The notes below the pieces were generated by a model. It made no database searches. It was not told the origin of the DNA and worked only from the letters and a program-made list of their open reading frames with translations. Positions 26,030-40,290 of a stretch of DNA of 64,000 nucleotides are shown piece by piece. The position numbers and the translations under genes are program-made. Every line of letters begins with the position of its first letter. Positions within the stretch are counted from its first letter, which is position 1. The stretch spans positions 4,342,499 to 4,406,498 of the forward strand of contig MU055928.1 of the NCBI GenBank assembly GCA_013239625.1, read 5' to 3'. The stretch is from Lama guanicoe. Taxonomy: Eukaryota.

Positions 26030-26612
26030 CATCCTTTCCTTCTCCCTAGTTTTTATCAATGGCCTCAATATTCTACTAGCCAGTCTTTGGTTCTCTCTGC
26101 CTTCCCCCTTTCACCTGCCCGGAGCTGTCTCACAGCTTCTCCCTCACGACTCCATCATGTTCATTTCCTAGGTCTCTTACATAGGATGAGCCATCATTCT
26201 TTTGCTTCAACTAACTCAGCAGCTGCCTAACTGGTCCTCTCTTCCCCCAAGGTCACGGTGCTCTTTCCTCCTCAGGAGACACCACACATTACACAGACAG
26301 CTCCTGTATACTGCCCCCCACCGTTCTCTGCTCTGAGGATACCTGCCTCCTTATGCCTACACATCTCCATCAGTCAAAGATTCCATCTCCCCTTTAGGGC
26401 CCAGCCCAAGGGCCAGCCCTCCAGGGAAGCCTTATATGTCCTCACGTAGGCTCTCAGCTCTTGTGGACATGCACCACTCAGAGGTCCTTAAGGTGTCTGC
26501 TACTGTCAAATCTCCCTGAGGAGCTCGCAAGCTCCTTTTGAAAAATGCATTATGCTTTTGTATCCCAAGCCTTTTTCCTCGGTAGCTGCTCAGTCAACAT
26601 TTGTTTAATGAC
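26030..26612 (+). mobile_element. L2 LINE fragment
   Basis: gcctaactggtcctct..ccctccagggaagcctt..gtagctgctcagtcaacatttgtttaatga. Confidence 0.5.
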
Positions 26613-28924
26613 ACCCACATGCACTCAGAACCTCACAGCACACACTCAGCACCAACAATCACAAAAATGATAGAGGAATCATGATTTAAGAACTGATTCC
26701 AGGAGATCAGTGATTTCACCCCTTTCTTTGAAGGCACACAAATATTTCAGCCAATTAAGAGTCTATTTAATATTCTTCTAAGATAGTAATTCAGAATGTT
26801 TAAAATAAAGAGATATTTACATTTTTTACATATTTTCCAGCCACCAAACCCAAACATTTCTACAAGCACATATCTGTTTCCTATAAACACAGAAAGCTAA
26901 TATTTTCATTCCTCCTCCTTTGTCTTGATCCTTTTTTCACAGTGTGTTTTGCTTCTCTAGACAGTTCCTTCTGTGCCTCTTCTATATTTTGATGTGCATT
27001 AGCACCCTACTCTTCCGCTGTCCCTAAGATAATGTTTTTTCAGCCTAGGAGCAATTCTTTGCTGTTCCTCTTGCTGACAAGTCCCACAAATTATTTTTAG
27101 CCGGGAGGTGTCTACTTCTTTCACATGTTTGCCAAGTGCTCTCTTAAGAACTTTTATTGTACATTCAAAGGTCAGGTGTACCTGCAACTCCTCCGTCCCA
27201 CTTTTAAGCCTGCAGTGTCTCCTGTGTAACCCCTTCTGATGTTTAACCATCCCACCAGAATATAATTCCTTATATCCAGTCTGAATCTTTCACACTGTAG
27301 TTGGCAGTTTAAAGTCTCCTCCTTTTCTATCCTTAGTGGATGTGGAGCACAGTCATTTTCCTCTGTCTAATTAGCCAGGGCAGGAGGGTAGTTCAAAGTT
27401 ATGTCCCAAGAAAGTCTTTTCTATTATATTGGCTTTCTCTTGGACAATATTGCCTTTTATATTATTTATCTGCTAGAAAGAGAATGTCAAATTGTATCTC
27501 TGCCAACGATCCTATTTCTTTTATCTTGCCTGCACAGTTATCTTGTCTACGCTGATGGCTCCTGTTTTAGAAATCTATGAAGGATTCAAAGATTCAGCTT
27601 TAAGCTTGGTGAACTGTGGTTGCTAATTCAACCTCCACACATGGTAGTGTGGCCACCTCCCCTCAAGATATGCGTGATCTTAATGGAGAAATGGAGAAAT
27701 CCAGAAGAGCTTATTAGCTTAGAGGATTTACATGTATTAGCAGCACACTGGAAGTATCTTATTAATACGTGTGCTCATGTTACATGCCAACCAAGCCCTG
27801 ATAGACAGTTCACTCACCAGAGTCTAGAGATTCTGTCCTAGACAACCTCAGACACTGTACAGACCTCAGGAAATGTCCTCATGACAAGGGGAGAAGGTTA
27901 GAGGATACACTCAGAGAAGTCCCCAAAGACTATAATGGAGGGTCTATAACCAGGTCTAGAAGCTTTCTTGCTTTAACTCCTTGAACATGGCACGGCTACG
28001 TAAGGATCCTTTGGGAACAATGGATCATTCAACTCTCTTCCCTCTATTTGAAGAACAAGGAAAAGCTAGCCAGAGCTGGAATTTTTCCCAACAGATTATT
28101 TAGAATAGAGTGAGAAGGGACTTTGTGGATAACAACCATAAATTTTAAAAGCAGACAAAGAAACAAAAATCCTTAAGGAGGAGTCAAAGCTCTGCCTGCA
28201 GCTCCTGAGATCCACTAGAATGGACTCTATGTTTTATTCACTTGATGTGTCTTGATCACAATTGATCAAGGATGAGCCCCTGTCACCGTCTAGCCATCTC
28301 CTCCATGAAGAACAAGGCCAAGCTGATAGACTTAAGTTTCTGAAAAATAACTTGACTTATTTTCTGCTATTAAGCAAAGAGATCACTCCCCAACTTAATG
28401 TTGCTCTCATCCATCAAACTGCCCACTCGCCGCGTTTGGAATGTCCACTCAAGGGAGAAGCCCTGATATTCACACCACCGTAGTATTTACTCTAAAGCAC
28501 TAACTGAACACTTACTTAGAAGCCAAATTCCCTTCCATTTTTCAATCCACCTGGACACGTAAGAAACTTATGTACATTTTTTTGTATTTTCATAACCAAA
28601 TGCAGACATCCTGCTTGTCATTTTGTAAAAACACTAAGAGATAAAAATTAAAAATTTCATGATTTCTCCAAAGTTAAAGCAAAGAGGGTCTCAATGAAGC
28701 AGTAATTTTCTACTTCCTTGCTGCACAGCAATTTATGAGATGCCTGGGTACAGACACACACACACATACACACATTTTTTTCCATTTTAGTTACTGGATT
28801 TTTTCCATTTTAGGTACTGGTTTTAAAAACATTAAATAAGGAAGAAGTCAACTATTTAGGGCAATTTAATATACACATTGCTGTTGGTATTTTAAGGTGG
28901 TGTGTTTTTGCAGAAGGACAATAT

Positions 28925-29062
28925 AAATCATATATACACATGTATACATATGCATGTGCATGATATACACATATATGTGTGCATATATATACATTTGTAT
29001 ACATATATGCATGCATATACTTATATAATAATGTATATACATACATATGTGTGTACACATAT
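28925..29062. repeat. Alternating purine-pyrimidine (TA/CA/TG) low-complexity tract
   Basis: atatacacatgtatacatatgcatgtgca...tgtgtgtacacatat. Confidence 0.9.
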
Positions 29063-29500
29063 CAAGAGCCCCAAAAATTTGACTCAGTAATTCCACCTCC
29101 AGGAATTTATTCTCAAGAAATTATGAGATTTCTACTTGAAGATGAGGTACCAAGATGTCATCATATTTTATAATTACAAAAAAACAAATAATTCAAAATG
29201 CCAGTGATAGGGAGAGATTAATACATTATAGTACAAATACAAGATAAAATAGTTTTCAGCCCTTAAAAAAGTATCATAAAAATAATATTCGACTTGGGGA
29301 AACGCTTATGGTTCAAGTTAAGTAAAAACAACATATACAAAGCAGTGGTTAAATAGGATTCTGATTTTTAAAAAATAAAGAATGATGTATGTTGTATACA
29401 ATGCATGAAGATTCTGGTGGAAAGTCACTCACCCAAATACTAACAACTGAATCTCCAAGGAGCAGGGTCACAGGTGACTTATATTTCTTTATTTATATGT
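29060..29500 (+). mobile_element. Old L1 (L1M/L1ME-type) 3' fragment
   Basis: tttgactcagtaattccacctccaggaatttattctcaagaaat..aaatgccagtgataggga. Confidence 0.6.
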
Positions 29501-29609
29501 TCACATATTCCAGCTGGTAAATAGTGAATGTGTTTTATTAATTTTAATCAAACATTTCTCCATCTCTTTAACCCTTAGCACACCAGGATTCCTGTGCCTG
29601 TTTATATCT

Positions 29610-29728
29610 AGATTTGGGGACACTATACATGAAGTTTGTCCAGGAGAGAGTCCCTTCCATTTTTGCTTATTAACCACTTCCATATTCAAAGGTGTCCCAG
29701 TTTACATAACAAATTAATGGTGACCCTA
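29610..29728. mobile_element. hAT-Blackjack-like MITE (MER81/MER94-like)
   Basis: gggacactatacatgaagtttgtccagga..gtccc...ggtgtcccagtttacataacaaattaatggtgaccct. Confidence 0.45.
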
Positions 29729-31859
29729 TTCTAACGGAATTTCTAGGACTAGGGATATAAAAGTTTGAAGAAGGGCAAAAGACTCTAATATACGACCAGT
29801 CTTCTGTCTAAAGACGGGATAAAGCTCTAGTCCAAGTACAGAGGAGGGGCTGAGAGACAGACAGGCCTCATCTGTATTTATCTGCATTTTTCCATTTCAG
29901 AACACATTAAAGATAGCTTTTTATTCACCTCGAGTTATCCTTAACTCTAAAGACAGGAACCAGGTGTGACCCAAGCTGCATCGTATCAGTATGGACACCC
30001 AGTTACTGATACTTGTGCAGAACTTGCATTTTTTTTTTTTTACATTGGAGGAATGAGGGTTTTCAAAGCAAAACAAATAATCTCCACTGGTGTATGGAGT
30101 ATGGCTGCTGTGTTTTAGAGTCCTGTTTGTTGTAAATAATCGAATAAACTGCAGGCATTCTCCATTTTAGAAATTAGAAATTGGAAAAGTAATTATTCTC
30201 CTGTATGTTGATATATGGTTTTATTTTCATTATCCTAGTTTGGTCTAGGAACCTACAATCCTAGGTTGATTTAGATACACATGACTTGTTCTGTTTTCTA
30301 GCCAAAGTCAAAATTAATTAAGTTATAGATTAGTATTAATTACTCTAAAATTAAAATTAGTATCTGTAGAAACTTTTCATCATAAGACAATTTGAATTTA
30401 TTTATTTGTTTCCCCTCTTCCACACTCCTTTCAGGAGGTACTCTATGCAATGAATTATTTGGCTAGATCTTCAGAAGTTCTGATTAAAATCCAAGAGAGT
30501 TTATTTTGGATTTTTTTTATTGTCAGTATGAGTAACTAGACCAGTATCACTACAGCCATGCCGCATCATAGTAGTTTTCTCAATTTTTAAACAAAATAAT
30601 TTCTTTTATTGTTTTCCACAGTCTTTTGCCGAAACCCAACATACAAAAATAAGTAAAGCTAACGCTAACTGCTTCGTCTTACCCCTCAAGCCTTTTTCTT
30701 CGCTCACCCCCTCACCCAACCAAGTGCCCCGGAACCTCTATTGAACTCAGAGCTTCAAGACTTGGTGTAGAAATAAATTACAGTTGTCTTCATAGGGGAC
30801 TGATTTAACTAGCTTCCTAGCTGATTTCTAAAGCATATTGGTCTTGCTAAAACTCCTAACCAAAAATATTCCTACTCCTGTCCCTTTTTGAACTAGAACC
30901 TGTTATCAGGCTCCTCTCAAACTCTGGCCAAGGGATGTGGCTTGAAAACACTGTTGAAGCAGTTACAGTCAATCTCTAAACTACACATTGAATCAAGTCA
31001 AACCACATGAAGTTCACATACATAGACCAAATTAACTCAGCCTTTCGTAACAGTGCCTTTGCTGAACTAACACTTAAGTGATAACCTTTAGACATTTTTC
31101 CTAAGGTTACTTTAAGAAGGAGAATTTGCTTCAAAACATATCACTGAGAAAACTGCCTGTTAAATCAGTGCTCAGTATTTATGGTCCCATGTGATAAATC
31201 TCTTTTAAAAATCAGTATTAGGGAAAATTCCCCTGAGGAAACTATCTACTCTCTAGTTTGGGATAATAACAGTGATACAACTGACCGTATCTCTGTTGTC
31301 ATCTTGGCTGCCAAGAACCTCAGAGCTAAAGCTGAAGGTCAGTGGTCAGATATAATTAGAACGTGGGTCCCACGCTTCAGTTCTGCTGCGCGACAGTGCT
31401 GATTTTCTACTTGTGTTTACATTTTATTCCTCTCATTATTGGTATTCTAACTGTAAATGCCTTCAAATTTCTGAAGGGACAAAAAATGTTTATGAGCCAT
31501 TAATTAACACTGTAATTGTATGAGTACAAATCTGCAAATCCATTTAACAGTATTATAATCAAGTCCATCATGTCCACAACATTATCATTAGGTTTCATTG
31601 GATGCTTCTTGAAAATATCATTTATTTCTTGCCTGTCCACAGACATATCTCCAAGCTTCCAGGAAGATTACCAAAAATGGTTCCATTATAACCTATACAC
31701 ATTATATTAATAATCTGAAATGAAATTACTGTAGTTTGAAAATCTCATACTGGGGCTTTCTTACTATCTCCTGACATCTTGAGATTCCATTCCCTTCAAC
31801 TACTGTTCTACCCTTTCTAGGCTGAAAACCACTCCCCTCTTTTAATGGTAAGTCTAATC

Positions 31860-32090
31860 TAGTAACAATCACTTAGTGCTTACTATGTACCAGGCACTGT
31901 TCTAAGTATCTTATATGTAGCATCTCACTAAATTCTTATAAGTAGTATTACCCAAATTTAGAGAGGAGAATACCATAGCCAAGTGAGGTAAAGTATATTG
32001 CCCAGGGTCATACAGGACTCAGTGGCCAAGACACGGTTTGAACCCAGGAGGTGTAATGCCAGAATTCATGCTCTTAACCACTATTCCGTA
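31860..32090 (-). mobile_element. MIR SINE
   Basis: gtgcttactatgtaccaggcactgttctaagt..gaggtaaagtatattgcccagggtcatacag..ggtttgaacccagg..gctcttaaccacta. Confidence 0.85.
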
Positions 32091-33363
32091 CTGCTTCTCT
32101 TGAATAGGATGTAAAATAACAAGCTTGAATTCTGCTGCAAGAGATTAAGTAAAATATTAATAAGAAAGTTCCAATAGCTTGACTTATTATACTTTGGAAG
32201 AAGGATACCAGGAAAAGTTTTGAAAATAATTTTAATGGCTTCCAAAATGGGACAGCATTTCATTTTCTTGAGCGGTCTAAAGTGTGAGGCTACCTGAAGA
32301 TAAGAATGCGGAAGACATTCTAAAGGTTCCTTCTTACTCAGTCACTCTAATTTTTACACTTTTAGATGAAAAGTTTTATGCAAATCATGGACAATTCCCA
32401 AACCTGTGTTTCTTCAACTTTAGTCTTGTGTAATTTTTGAAAATAAGTAAGTATGGTGCTATGGCAGATTATAAAATATTACTACCATGCAGATGATATT
32501 TTTGTGCCAGGATAGGACTGGCAATAAAAGGCAATAAAATGGGGGAGAAACATTCTCAAGAGATAAAACTCTTCTGAACATATTTTCTGCAGCCAGGGAA
32601 AATGCACCAACACCCAAAGGAATATGGGAAACTTTACACTACATTTAAGCACAAGCACATTTTCTACTTCTTAATTTAAAAAAGGAAAGGACAGCATTAA
32701 AATGCGCATACAAATAAACAAGCCATTTATTTACTCCAACTAATTAACATCTCTTGAGATCTCCAGGGTCTCTTAACTTCTCTCGGGCCTCTCTCAGAGG
32801 ATATTCTCATGGCAGGAGAACCAACGATTCAAAAACTTGCTGAGTCCAGGGGGAGAAATGTCAGAGAAGAAAAGACACCCTAAAAACAAACATGTTAATT
32901 AAAAACACGAGATAAACACAAACATCTTCAACCTCTACACACTGCCCCCTGGGAGGTCAGGGAAAACAGTTTCCTGCTTAAAACTTTTAAAGGGCCAAAT
33001 CAGTATAAATTCTCTAGAAACAGTTAACATTTGCTCCACACAGTCATTACCTCCAAGAAAGGCAGCTCCTAAAATGAGAACTAAAGAACAGGAGTAGAAA
33101 TTTCCAATTGCTCAGATTTAAAATTTATGAGACTAAATGAGTGTCACCCCCAAAGAGGGTCTGGAAATTCCCTTGGACACTTTCAGTGGTCTCAACCAAA
33201 AAGAAATAAACTAAGATAGGTAGGAGGCATCCAAGAGGAAATGACCGAGGTTGGAAGAAGATCAGTTAGGAACAGAGGGGAGACTGGGTGACGCAGTGAT
33301 TTGGTTATCCACCGAAGCATGGTCTTAGTAGAAATGTCATTCTTGCTGGTTGGGACCTGAAAG

Positions 33364-33878
33364 TGATGAGGTTCAGAACACACTGCCCAAAAATAGAGCA
33401 TCTTAACATACTGAATATTGAAAACTGAGGGATTTTGAGAAAACAGCAGAAGCAAGAACAGCTCTCTGACCTTACTCTCCACTTTCCCTTCGCTCCCCAG
33501 CAGGTAACCCTCCCCTGAGAGGCACCCTCCCCAAAGCCAGGGGGAAGGAGCATCCAAGATGCCAGTGTGCTGAGTTGGAGAGAATCCAAGAAGAATCTGA
33601 AGGAATCAGCATCACTAAGTTTCCACAGTTCCCTACACTTACCTCTTACTCTTTATCCTATCATATCTTTCCACAACTGTGTACTCTTCACCAAACTGAG
33701 CATAGAAACACTCAGGTATACACTTCTTTGGGTCTTCATTTCCTTATGAAGGCTCCAGTATCACGTAAAACTGATAAATAAATGTGTATGCTTTACTCCT
33801 GTAAATCTTTGTTGATCTAATTTTCAGACCCAGCCAAGGATCCTAAGACAGTTGAGAAAAACTTTTTCCTCTTCTACA
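33364..33878 (+). mobile_element. Solo ERV1 LTR (MER34A-like) with 4-bp target-site duplication AAAG
   Basis: tgatgaggttcagaacacactgcccaaaata...ctttttcctcttctaca; AAAG at 33360-33363 and 33879-33882. Confidence 0.8.
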
Positions 33879-34603
33879 AAAGTATGAGGAAGGAGAAAGA
33901 ATAGGAAAGGAAAGGGGAGAAGGAATGAAGAGGTATAGGGGAAAATGAAGGTGGAAAGAAAATTAAAGTTGAACAAACGAAGTCAAAGAAAAACACTTCT
34001 ATGGCACCATTCTGGATTTCTCATTAATCTTCCGTATAATAGATGTGTATATTTTAAATGTTCAAGAAGCACTATTACAAGTTTACTATAACACTAAGGT
34101 ATGGTCTTGGGAGGCAGACAATCCTGGGATTAGGTCCAGCCTCTATCACTGAGTAGCTGTGTAAACTTGACAGGTTATTTAACTGTACTGATCTGCAAAA
34201 TGTTGTTAACGAGAGTAGTCAAGTGACTGCTACTTTCCGTAAATCTATCTTCATATACATAGTTGTGAAAAATACAATAGTAAGTTATCTACAATTTTAC
34301 CTACATGAAACAATTTCTCACCTAGCGTTATATCAAAGCAGTTTCCACGTTGCTAAGACCTCATAAACGTGACTCTCAATGCCTCCCAAATTCTGTCAAG
34401 TGGATGCTTCACGTCCTGTAGGATGTCCTGCTTTCAGTTTCTCCTCTTTATAAACTAGGCAGTTATGAACATCTTCATGCTGATGCTGTCTCCCCATATT
34501 TTAGCTTATTCTGTGAGATGAGAAGCACTTCCTTATGAAAGAGTTCTGAGCCAACAAAGGGTATAAATGTTGCTCTTTAAACAACAAGAAAAGGAGGTAG
34601 AAC

Positions 34604-34649
34604 TATACTCAGTATCTTGTAATAACCTTGAGTGAAAAAGATTATGAAA

Positions 34650-34702
<53 letters not shown>

Positions 34703-34794
34703 TATATTTATATATATATATATGACTGGGACATTATACTATACACCAGGAAATTGATACATTGTAACTGACTATACTTTAATTTAAAAAAAAA
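34604..34794 (+). mobile_element. 5'-truncated L1 3' end, camelid-type, with an internal (TA)n(CA)n microsatellite
   Basis: tatactcagtatcttgtaataacc..atgactgggacattatactatacaccagg..attgtaactgactatactttaat plus poly-A; degenerate TSD aagaaa(a)gga..tagaa. Confidence 0.75.
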
Positions 34795-36039
34795 GAAAGG
34801 AATTAGAAATCTAGTTCTGCCCTTAGTAATCTACAGAATATCTGATTAACCAGTATTACTAATTATCATGATCTGTAACGAACATTTCAACTTATGTCAT
34901 TTTGTCATCTCACAGAGGCGCCTATGTTCTCCAAAAATTATCTCAAGTGAGTTCCAGATTTCAGATCAATAGTTAATTTATGAACTTCTCCAGCACTCTC
35001 ACCCCTAGCTCCACAGATAAACATACTTGCACATACACAGTATGGATGGAGTTTCTCTAGAGAGCTGCTTTCAGCCTCTCTGCAATCACGAGGTTATCCA
35101 ATCAATATGAAGTGAAAAATTGCAGCTCAGGTTATTCAGCCAAACTTCAACCATAAGATGTCTGTATATTGTATATTATTAAATTGAGATATTTATGACA
35201 AGTTTTCCCATTGTGGCTTGTGACAAATGCAATCAATCGATACATACACACAGTATATATGTGTGTGTGTATATATATATATACTATATATATATACACA
35301 TATATATATGGTATATATACTTGATCATCTAACTACTTCAAATTGTCTGGAAACTTGGTTGAAGTGCAAAGAAAAATAAGAACTACAATGTAATTGGTAA
35401 TGCTGGAGGGAAATCAGACCTGGGATGTATTGAGTATGCAGGTGTGAAACATGACTTCCCATCTATTCTTTACTGCCCCTGCAGGCCTGCTGTATTAACT
35501 TTAAGTAGAAAGTTCACTTGATATCTTTAAGGAAGCTGTCACTTCTATACTAATATCTGCAACTTTGTAGTACTAGTATTTAGATGCAAAGATTATGTCT
35601 ACCTCCCATCATATATAAATCTCGTACTAATAGCTTCTTGGGCAAGTAACATTGGGAGGGTGTTACTCTAAGATTAACCACAAACCTTTGAAAGGTCATA
35701 ATATGCAAGACAGAAATCAAAAAAAGAACATACAGCCAATTTCCAAATTTATAAAACAGTTGTATCCATCTGGATTCTGCAAAAGATGACCTATTTCAAA
35801 GCACTTCAGGTTACTCAGTGAGGCAGAGATGGATAATCCCATGTTACAGATGAAAGAAGAACAGACTATAAAAGGTGATTAACATGCACTGAGTCGTATT
35901 AAACCATATATGAAAGCATTTTGGCATAGAAAAAAATGTGAACTAAACAATATATAACTCATTTTTGCAGATACCATGAATAAAGATTCGGTGTCCTACA
36001 GATTCTTATTGACACCAAAGTCTCCTATTTTGGAAAGAA

Positions 36040-36240
36040 CATGGTAGAGTGGAAGAAGCCCAGGATTTGGAATCAGAAGTTTCCATGTGGACTCCATAAT
36101 TTATCTGTGTGATTTGGTCAAGTTCACAGTTATCCTAAACTCTCTGAAGATTTCTTGTCTGTAAAATGGGATTATATCCATCTCACCGATTGTGATAATT
36201 AACAATCCTGGTGAAAGCACATAGTCAATTATAAAGTAAT
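36040..36240 (+). mobile_element. MIR SINE
   Basis: gtagagtggaagaagcccaggatttggaatcaga..ctgtgtgatttggtcaagtt..ctgtaaaatggg. Confidence 0.7.
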
Positions 36241-38079
36241 GCCTGAATTCTATTTATGAACCTTGTTTCTTTGATTTTCTCCGGACGTCATTACCATTTA
36301 TTTGCACTTTAGAAATCAATGTTTCCTACGTCTTGTCACTGCCCAGCTCTGCATGGATGGTTCACAAATACCACACAATTTCCCTTTGTCCCTGGTTCCT
36401 GCTGTATTAGATAGAGATTGAGAGACACCAGTTTTATCCATGCAATGGATGCTCTGTATGGATTTATAGGTTGAACTGTGGATTCTTTCTATGGATTTGT
36501 TTTCCTCAAACATTCTCAAAGGCAATAGGCTCAGAGAGATAAGATGAAAACTCCACCTTTAAGGCATTCCACCATCTGATGAAGAAGAGATTTAAACAAA
36601 CATGCATTTACCCAAAAACCTGATAATGACTAAATATGCAAGTGGGTACTATGGGTGCATAGGAAACAAAGCATCTGAACTTTGCCTAGAGGTCTCAGAG
36701 ACTTCACGAAGAACACCCTTAAAGAATGAGTCCCTAATGTATGTCCTCATTTATGATGGTCTGGTGACACTATTTCAGAACATTTAATCATTAGAAATAA
36801 TTATGTGAATTCAAAAATCTCCTTCCCTCCTAAAGGCCAAAGGCCTTTAAGCTTAAGTGTCTTAGAAGCACACATTGCCTCCTGCATCTAGTACTACCAG
36901 GAAAGAAGCAACAGGCATGTGTACAGAGTTAAACACTCCTCCCCACAAGGAGGCAAAGTGGCATATCTGCTGTAGCCTGGGCTCTAAGACTAGACGGAGG
37001 AGACTTTTTGCTCTCTCTCTTCACAGGTTTTAAATCTTGACCTCAGAGTTACAGTGCTGCCTTTTCTCACACAGTCAGACCTCACACCTGCAGTCCTCCC
37101 TCACTTCATTTCTTCTCAAAGGCAAAACGGTGAAGTATGAAGTGTTTTGTTATTTTGTGATGAACAACACACAGAGAAAAGTGAGGGCAAAGTACGTGCA
37201 CAGCTGATCAAATCCTCATAAACCAAACCTGTGTACTCACCACCCAGGCCACTGGCATCACCCCAGAACCACCCCCAGTTCCCTTCCACACGCCCTCCTC
37301 TTCCCCCCTAGAGCAACAGCGATCCCACCTGACTCTATGGTAATTACTTCCTTGTGTATCTTTAAAGTTTGATCAGCCTGTTATGCGTCCCAAAATATCG
37401 TAGTTCGTTTTGCTTGTTTTTAAACTGCCTATAAATGTAAATCAGGAGGAAAAACGAACAGCTAAGTTCCATAATGAGATGCTTTTGCGAAGCTGAAGAG
37501 GGGCAGTTTCCTTCAGTCTCAGCCCATCATGTTCTCCGAGCAGACCGACGTCACGACTTACTGTTCGGGGTACCACAACTTGGGGAGTTTTAAAACATTA
37601 AAAGAGAATGATTTTAGGGGGGAAAAAGACTAGACAGAGCCAGTCTTAAGTTTTAACCTGCAGGTTGTATTACCTTAGAAAATTTATGTCACTTCCCTGA
37701 AGCTGAGTTTCACCATCAGAAAACCAGGAGACTAATGATGAGGGACTTAGCAAGGTGCCTGGCATATCCCAAACTCTGGCTAAACATCTGTACCTCTCTC
37801 CAAAAGCCACCAGAGCTTGCCTCTACTGTACCAGCTCCTGTAACTACCTCCCTCCTTCGACTCTGAGCCCCCTGTGCACAGCACCTGTTTCTTCCTCATC
37901 TTTGTGTTCTAGTGGCTCGTGTTAGGGGTGATGCCCCACTGTTTAGGGATGAGTATGTCATCAAGTATGTCCCACTTGAACAGGGACAGAACAGCTATTT
38001 CCAAAAGAAATGGATACTTCACAAAGCAATACAGCAATATGATGACTATTAATATGACAGTATTAGTTTTTTGTTTTTG

Positions 38080-38890
38080 TTAAACAAGTATTTGTTAGCA
38101 ACTACTGCATGCTGGGTACTTTTCCAAGTGCTGGGCATACAGCAGTGAACAAAACAGACAGAATGCCCTGCCCTCATGAAGCTTATATCCTAAAGCAGGA
38201 AATGGACAATAAACAAGACAAGCAAAATACACAGTTTATGGATTGTTCTAAGTGCTATGGAAAACATGGAATGAGGAAGGGAGGAGGAGTAGGGTTAAGT
38301 TCTGGGGAAACTGGAAGCTTTACGAGGAAGTGACATTCAAGCAAAGACCTGAACAAGGTGAGGAAGTGAGCAGTGTGTGTCTCCATCTTGGGGAAAAGCA
38401 TTCTAGGCAGAAAGAACAGCAAGTTCCAAAGCCCTGAGGCAAAATCTCTTGCAAGGTCCCGAGAGCGTGCCTAGAATCAGGGGAACACAGAAGAGATGAG
38501 TTCAGAGAGCCAGGCTGTGGGAACAGATGTTGCTGGATCACACAGGACCTCGTGGACCACAGAGAAGACACTGGTTCTACTCTTAGAAAGGCAGAACCTG
38601 TGGAGGGGTTTGAGTAGAGAACTGACATGATCTGACTTATATTTTAAAAGAATCACTCCCCAGACAGAGCGGAGAAAAGGGGCAAGGACTTAGAGGAGGC
38701 GGCCGGTTGGGAGACAGAATCAGTAACCCAGCCGGGATACGATAACCAGGGTGACTACAGTGAAGGTGCAGGGGCGAGGAGTGGTCAAAGCGTGGATTTA
38801 TTTTAAAAGTGAAGCTCCCAGGTTTGAGTACGAGGTGTAAATTAAACAGAAGTCAAGAACTTGTGCCTAAGCACTTAGAAGGACAAAGAA
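38080..38890 (-). mobile_element. L2 LINE fragment
   Basis: aacaagtatttgttagcaactactgcatgctgggtact..gtgaacaaaacagac..ccctgccctcatgaagcttatat..tgacatgatctgacttatattttaaaagaatcactc. Confidence 0.85.
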
Positions 38891-39498
38891 CTAACTTAAA
38901 TGAAACATGAGTTATGCAAGGTTCTAAAAATTAAAGTGTAGGTGGCAACTTCTGAAGAATAAAGGATGACTACTGGCCAGGATCTAAATCGGTAAAACAC
39001 AGCAGTCACTATGGAGAAATGACCCTCTGACTGCAGCCTAAAAAGCATAAAAGATATAAAATGGAATGTGTATTCAGTAGAGTTTGAAGCCTCCACCTCC
39101 CTAAGATAGTATATAAGAAGATACTCAAGCTCAGTTGAGGACCAGAATCAAGGGTGAGAGGGGGCAACACAAGCAGTGGAGGCGTAAAGGGGTCGACTCC
39201 CAATCAAAGAAATGGAAGCCCAGAGTTCCAGCCCTGTGGCTGCTGGACACTTTGTCCCTAGGGAGTAAGGACAGAAAGAAGCAAGAAGGAAATGGAAAAT
39301 GTTTTCATCCTTGGAAAGGTGACCAGTGAGTGACTCTAGATTTTGGAAGCAAAAAGGGTCTCAACTTGCTTTGATAAGATTCTCAGGGAATCTGGTACCC
39401 CTCAACCCCCTCCAATCTCATATACCAGCATACAGCATTCCAGAGGGGAGGAAAGTAAAACTGAATATAATCAAATCATCAAAAGTCTCCATGAAGTG

Positions 39499-39822
39499 GT
39501 GTGTGTGTGTGTGTGTGTGCAGTTAATGTTTATTATAAGAAGTGAAAAAGGAAACTTTGAAAAGAGCTGTAATCACATAAAAATTAACCTCCCCCTTTCT
39601 CAGCATTTGTTTCTTTGACTCCACAGGAATGCGATAGTGGAGACACGCAGTAAATGTGAATGAATGAGTGAATGAAATGTTACACTCCACACTCCAAAAT
39701 TCATCCAACAAAGGTGCATGTTTCACTTTATTTAAAAACAATAGATGAAAACGATTCTATTCCTTCTTTCCCTACATGAAAGATACGTACACACACACGC
39801 ACACACACACACACACGCACAC
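39499..39822. repeat. Two microsatellites: (GT)n at ~39499-39519 and (CA)n at ~39789-39822
   Basis: Directly visible. Confidence 0.85.
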
Positions 39823-40069
39823 AGTGTTGCAGTGTCTAGGGCCCTAAAATATACTAATTTTCAAAATACGGTAATCCGGTTCCCATAGCAACCATAAACC
39901 AGTCTTTTGAAGGACACATAGTAATGATATTCTGGCTGGAAACAACCTCCACTGACCACTGAGAAAAATGAAATGACAGCCAAATCGTAACAACCCAAGA
40001 TGGCATTGTTTGAAAGGTTCCAAGTTTCCTCTCTTTGACATCCTCAATGCTAAAGCAGGCAGGTGTCTG

Positions 40070-40290
40070 GCTGCACGCTAAGGCAATCTTGAATTCCGCG
40101 GAGCGCGCGCGCGGCGCGGAGGGGTGCAGCCCGGCCGCCGCCAGAGAGCCCCCCGCCACGCCGTGATTGCCTATCGACCCGCGTGCGCCCGCCCCCTGCT
40201 GGCACCGGGGGGGTCAGCGGTGAGTTTGCACCAGGCATTGGCCATGTTCCTCGGGGCAATCCCATTTCCTAACAAACGCAGCGCGGTGCA
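40070..40290. promoter_or_regulatory. Intronic CpG-rich element (small orphan CpG island)
   Basis: About 220 bp of very GC/CpG-rich DNA (ccgcggagcgcgcgcgcggcgcgg) in intron 1, with no repeat I recognise. Confidence 0.7.
40188..40206 (-). promoter_or_regulatory. CTCF-binding motif
   Basis: The minus strand reads GGTGCCAGCAGGGGGCGGG, a close match to the CTCF core CCASYAGRKGGCR. Confidence 0.7.

Noticed and set aside
28852-29173. Y/M/H/I/C-rich ORFs
   Set aside because: Translations of a dinucleotide low-complexity tract.
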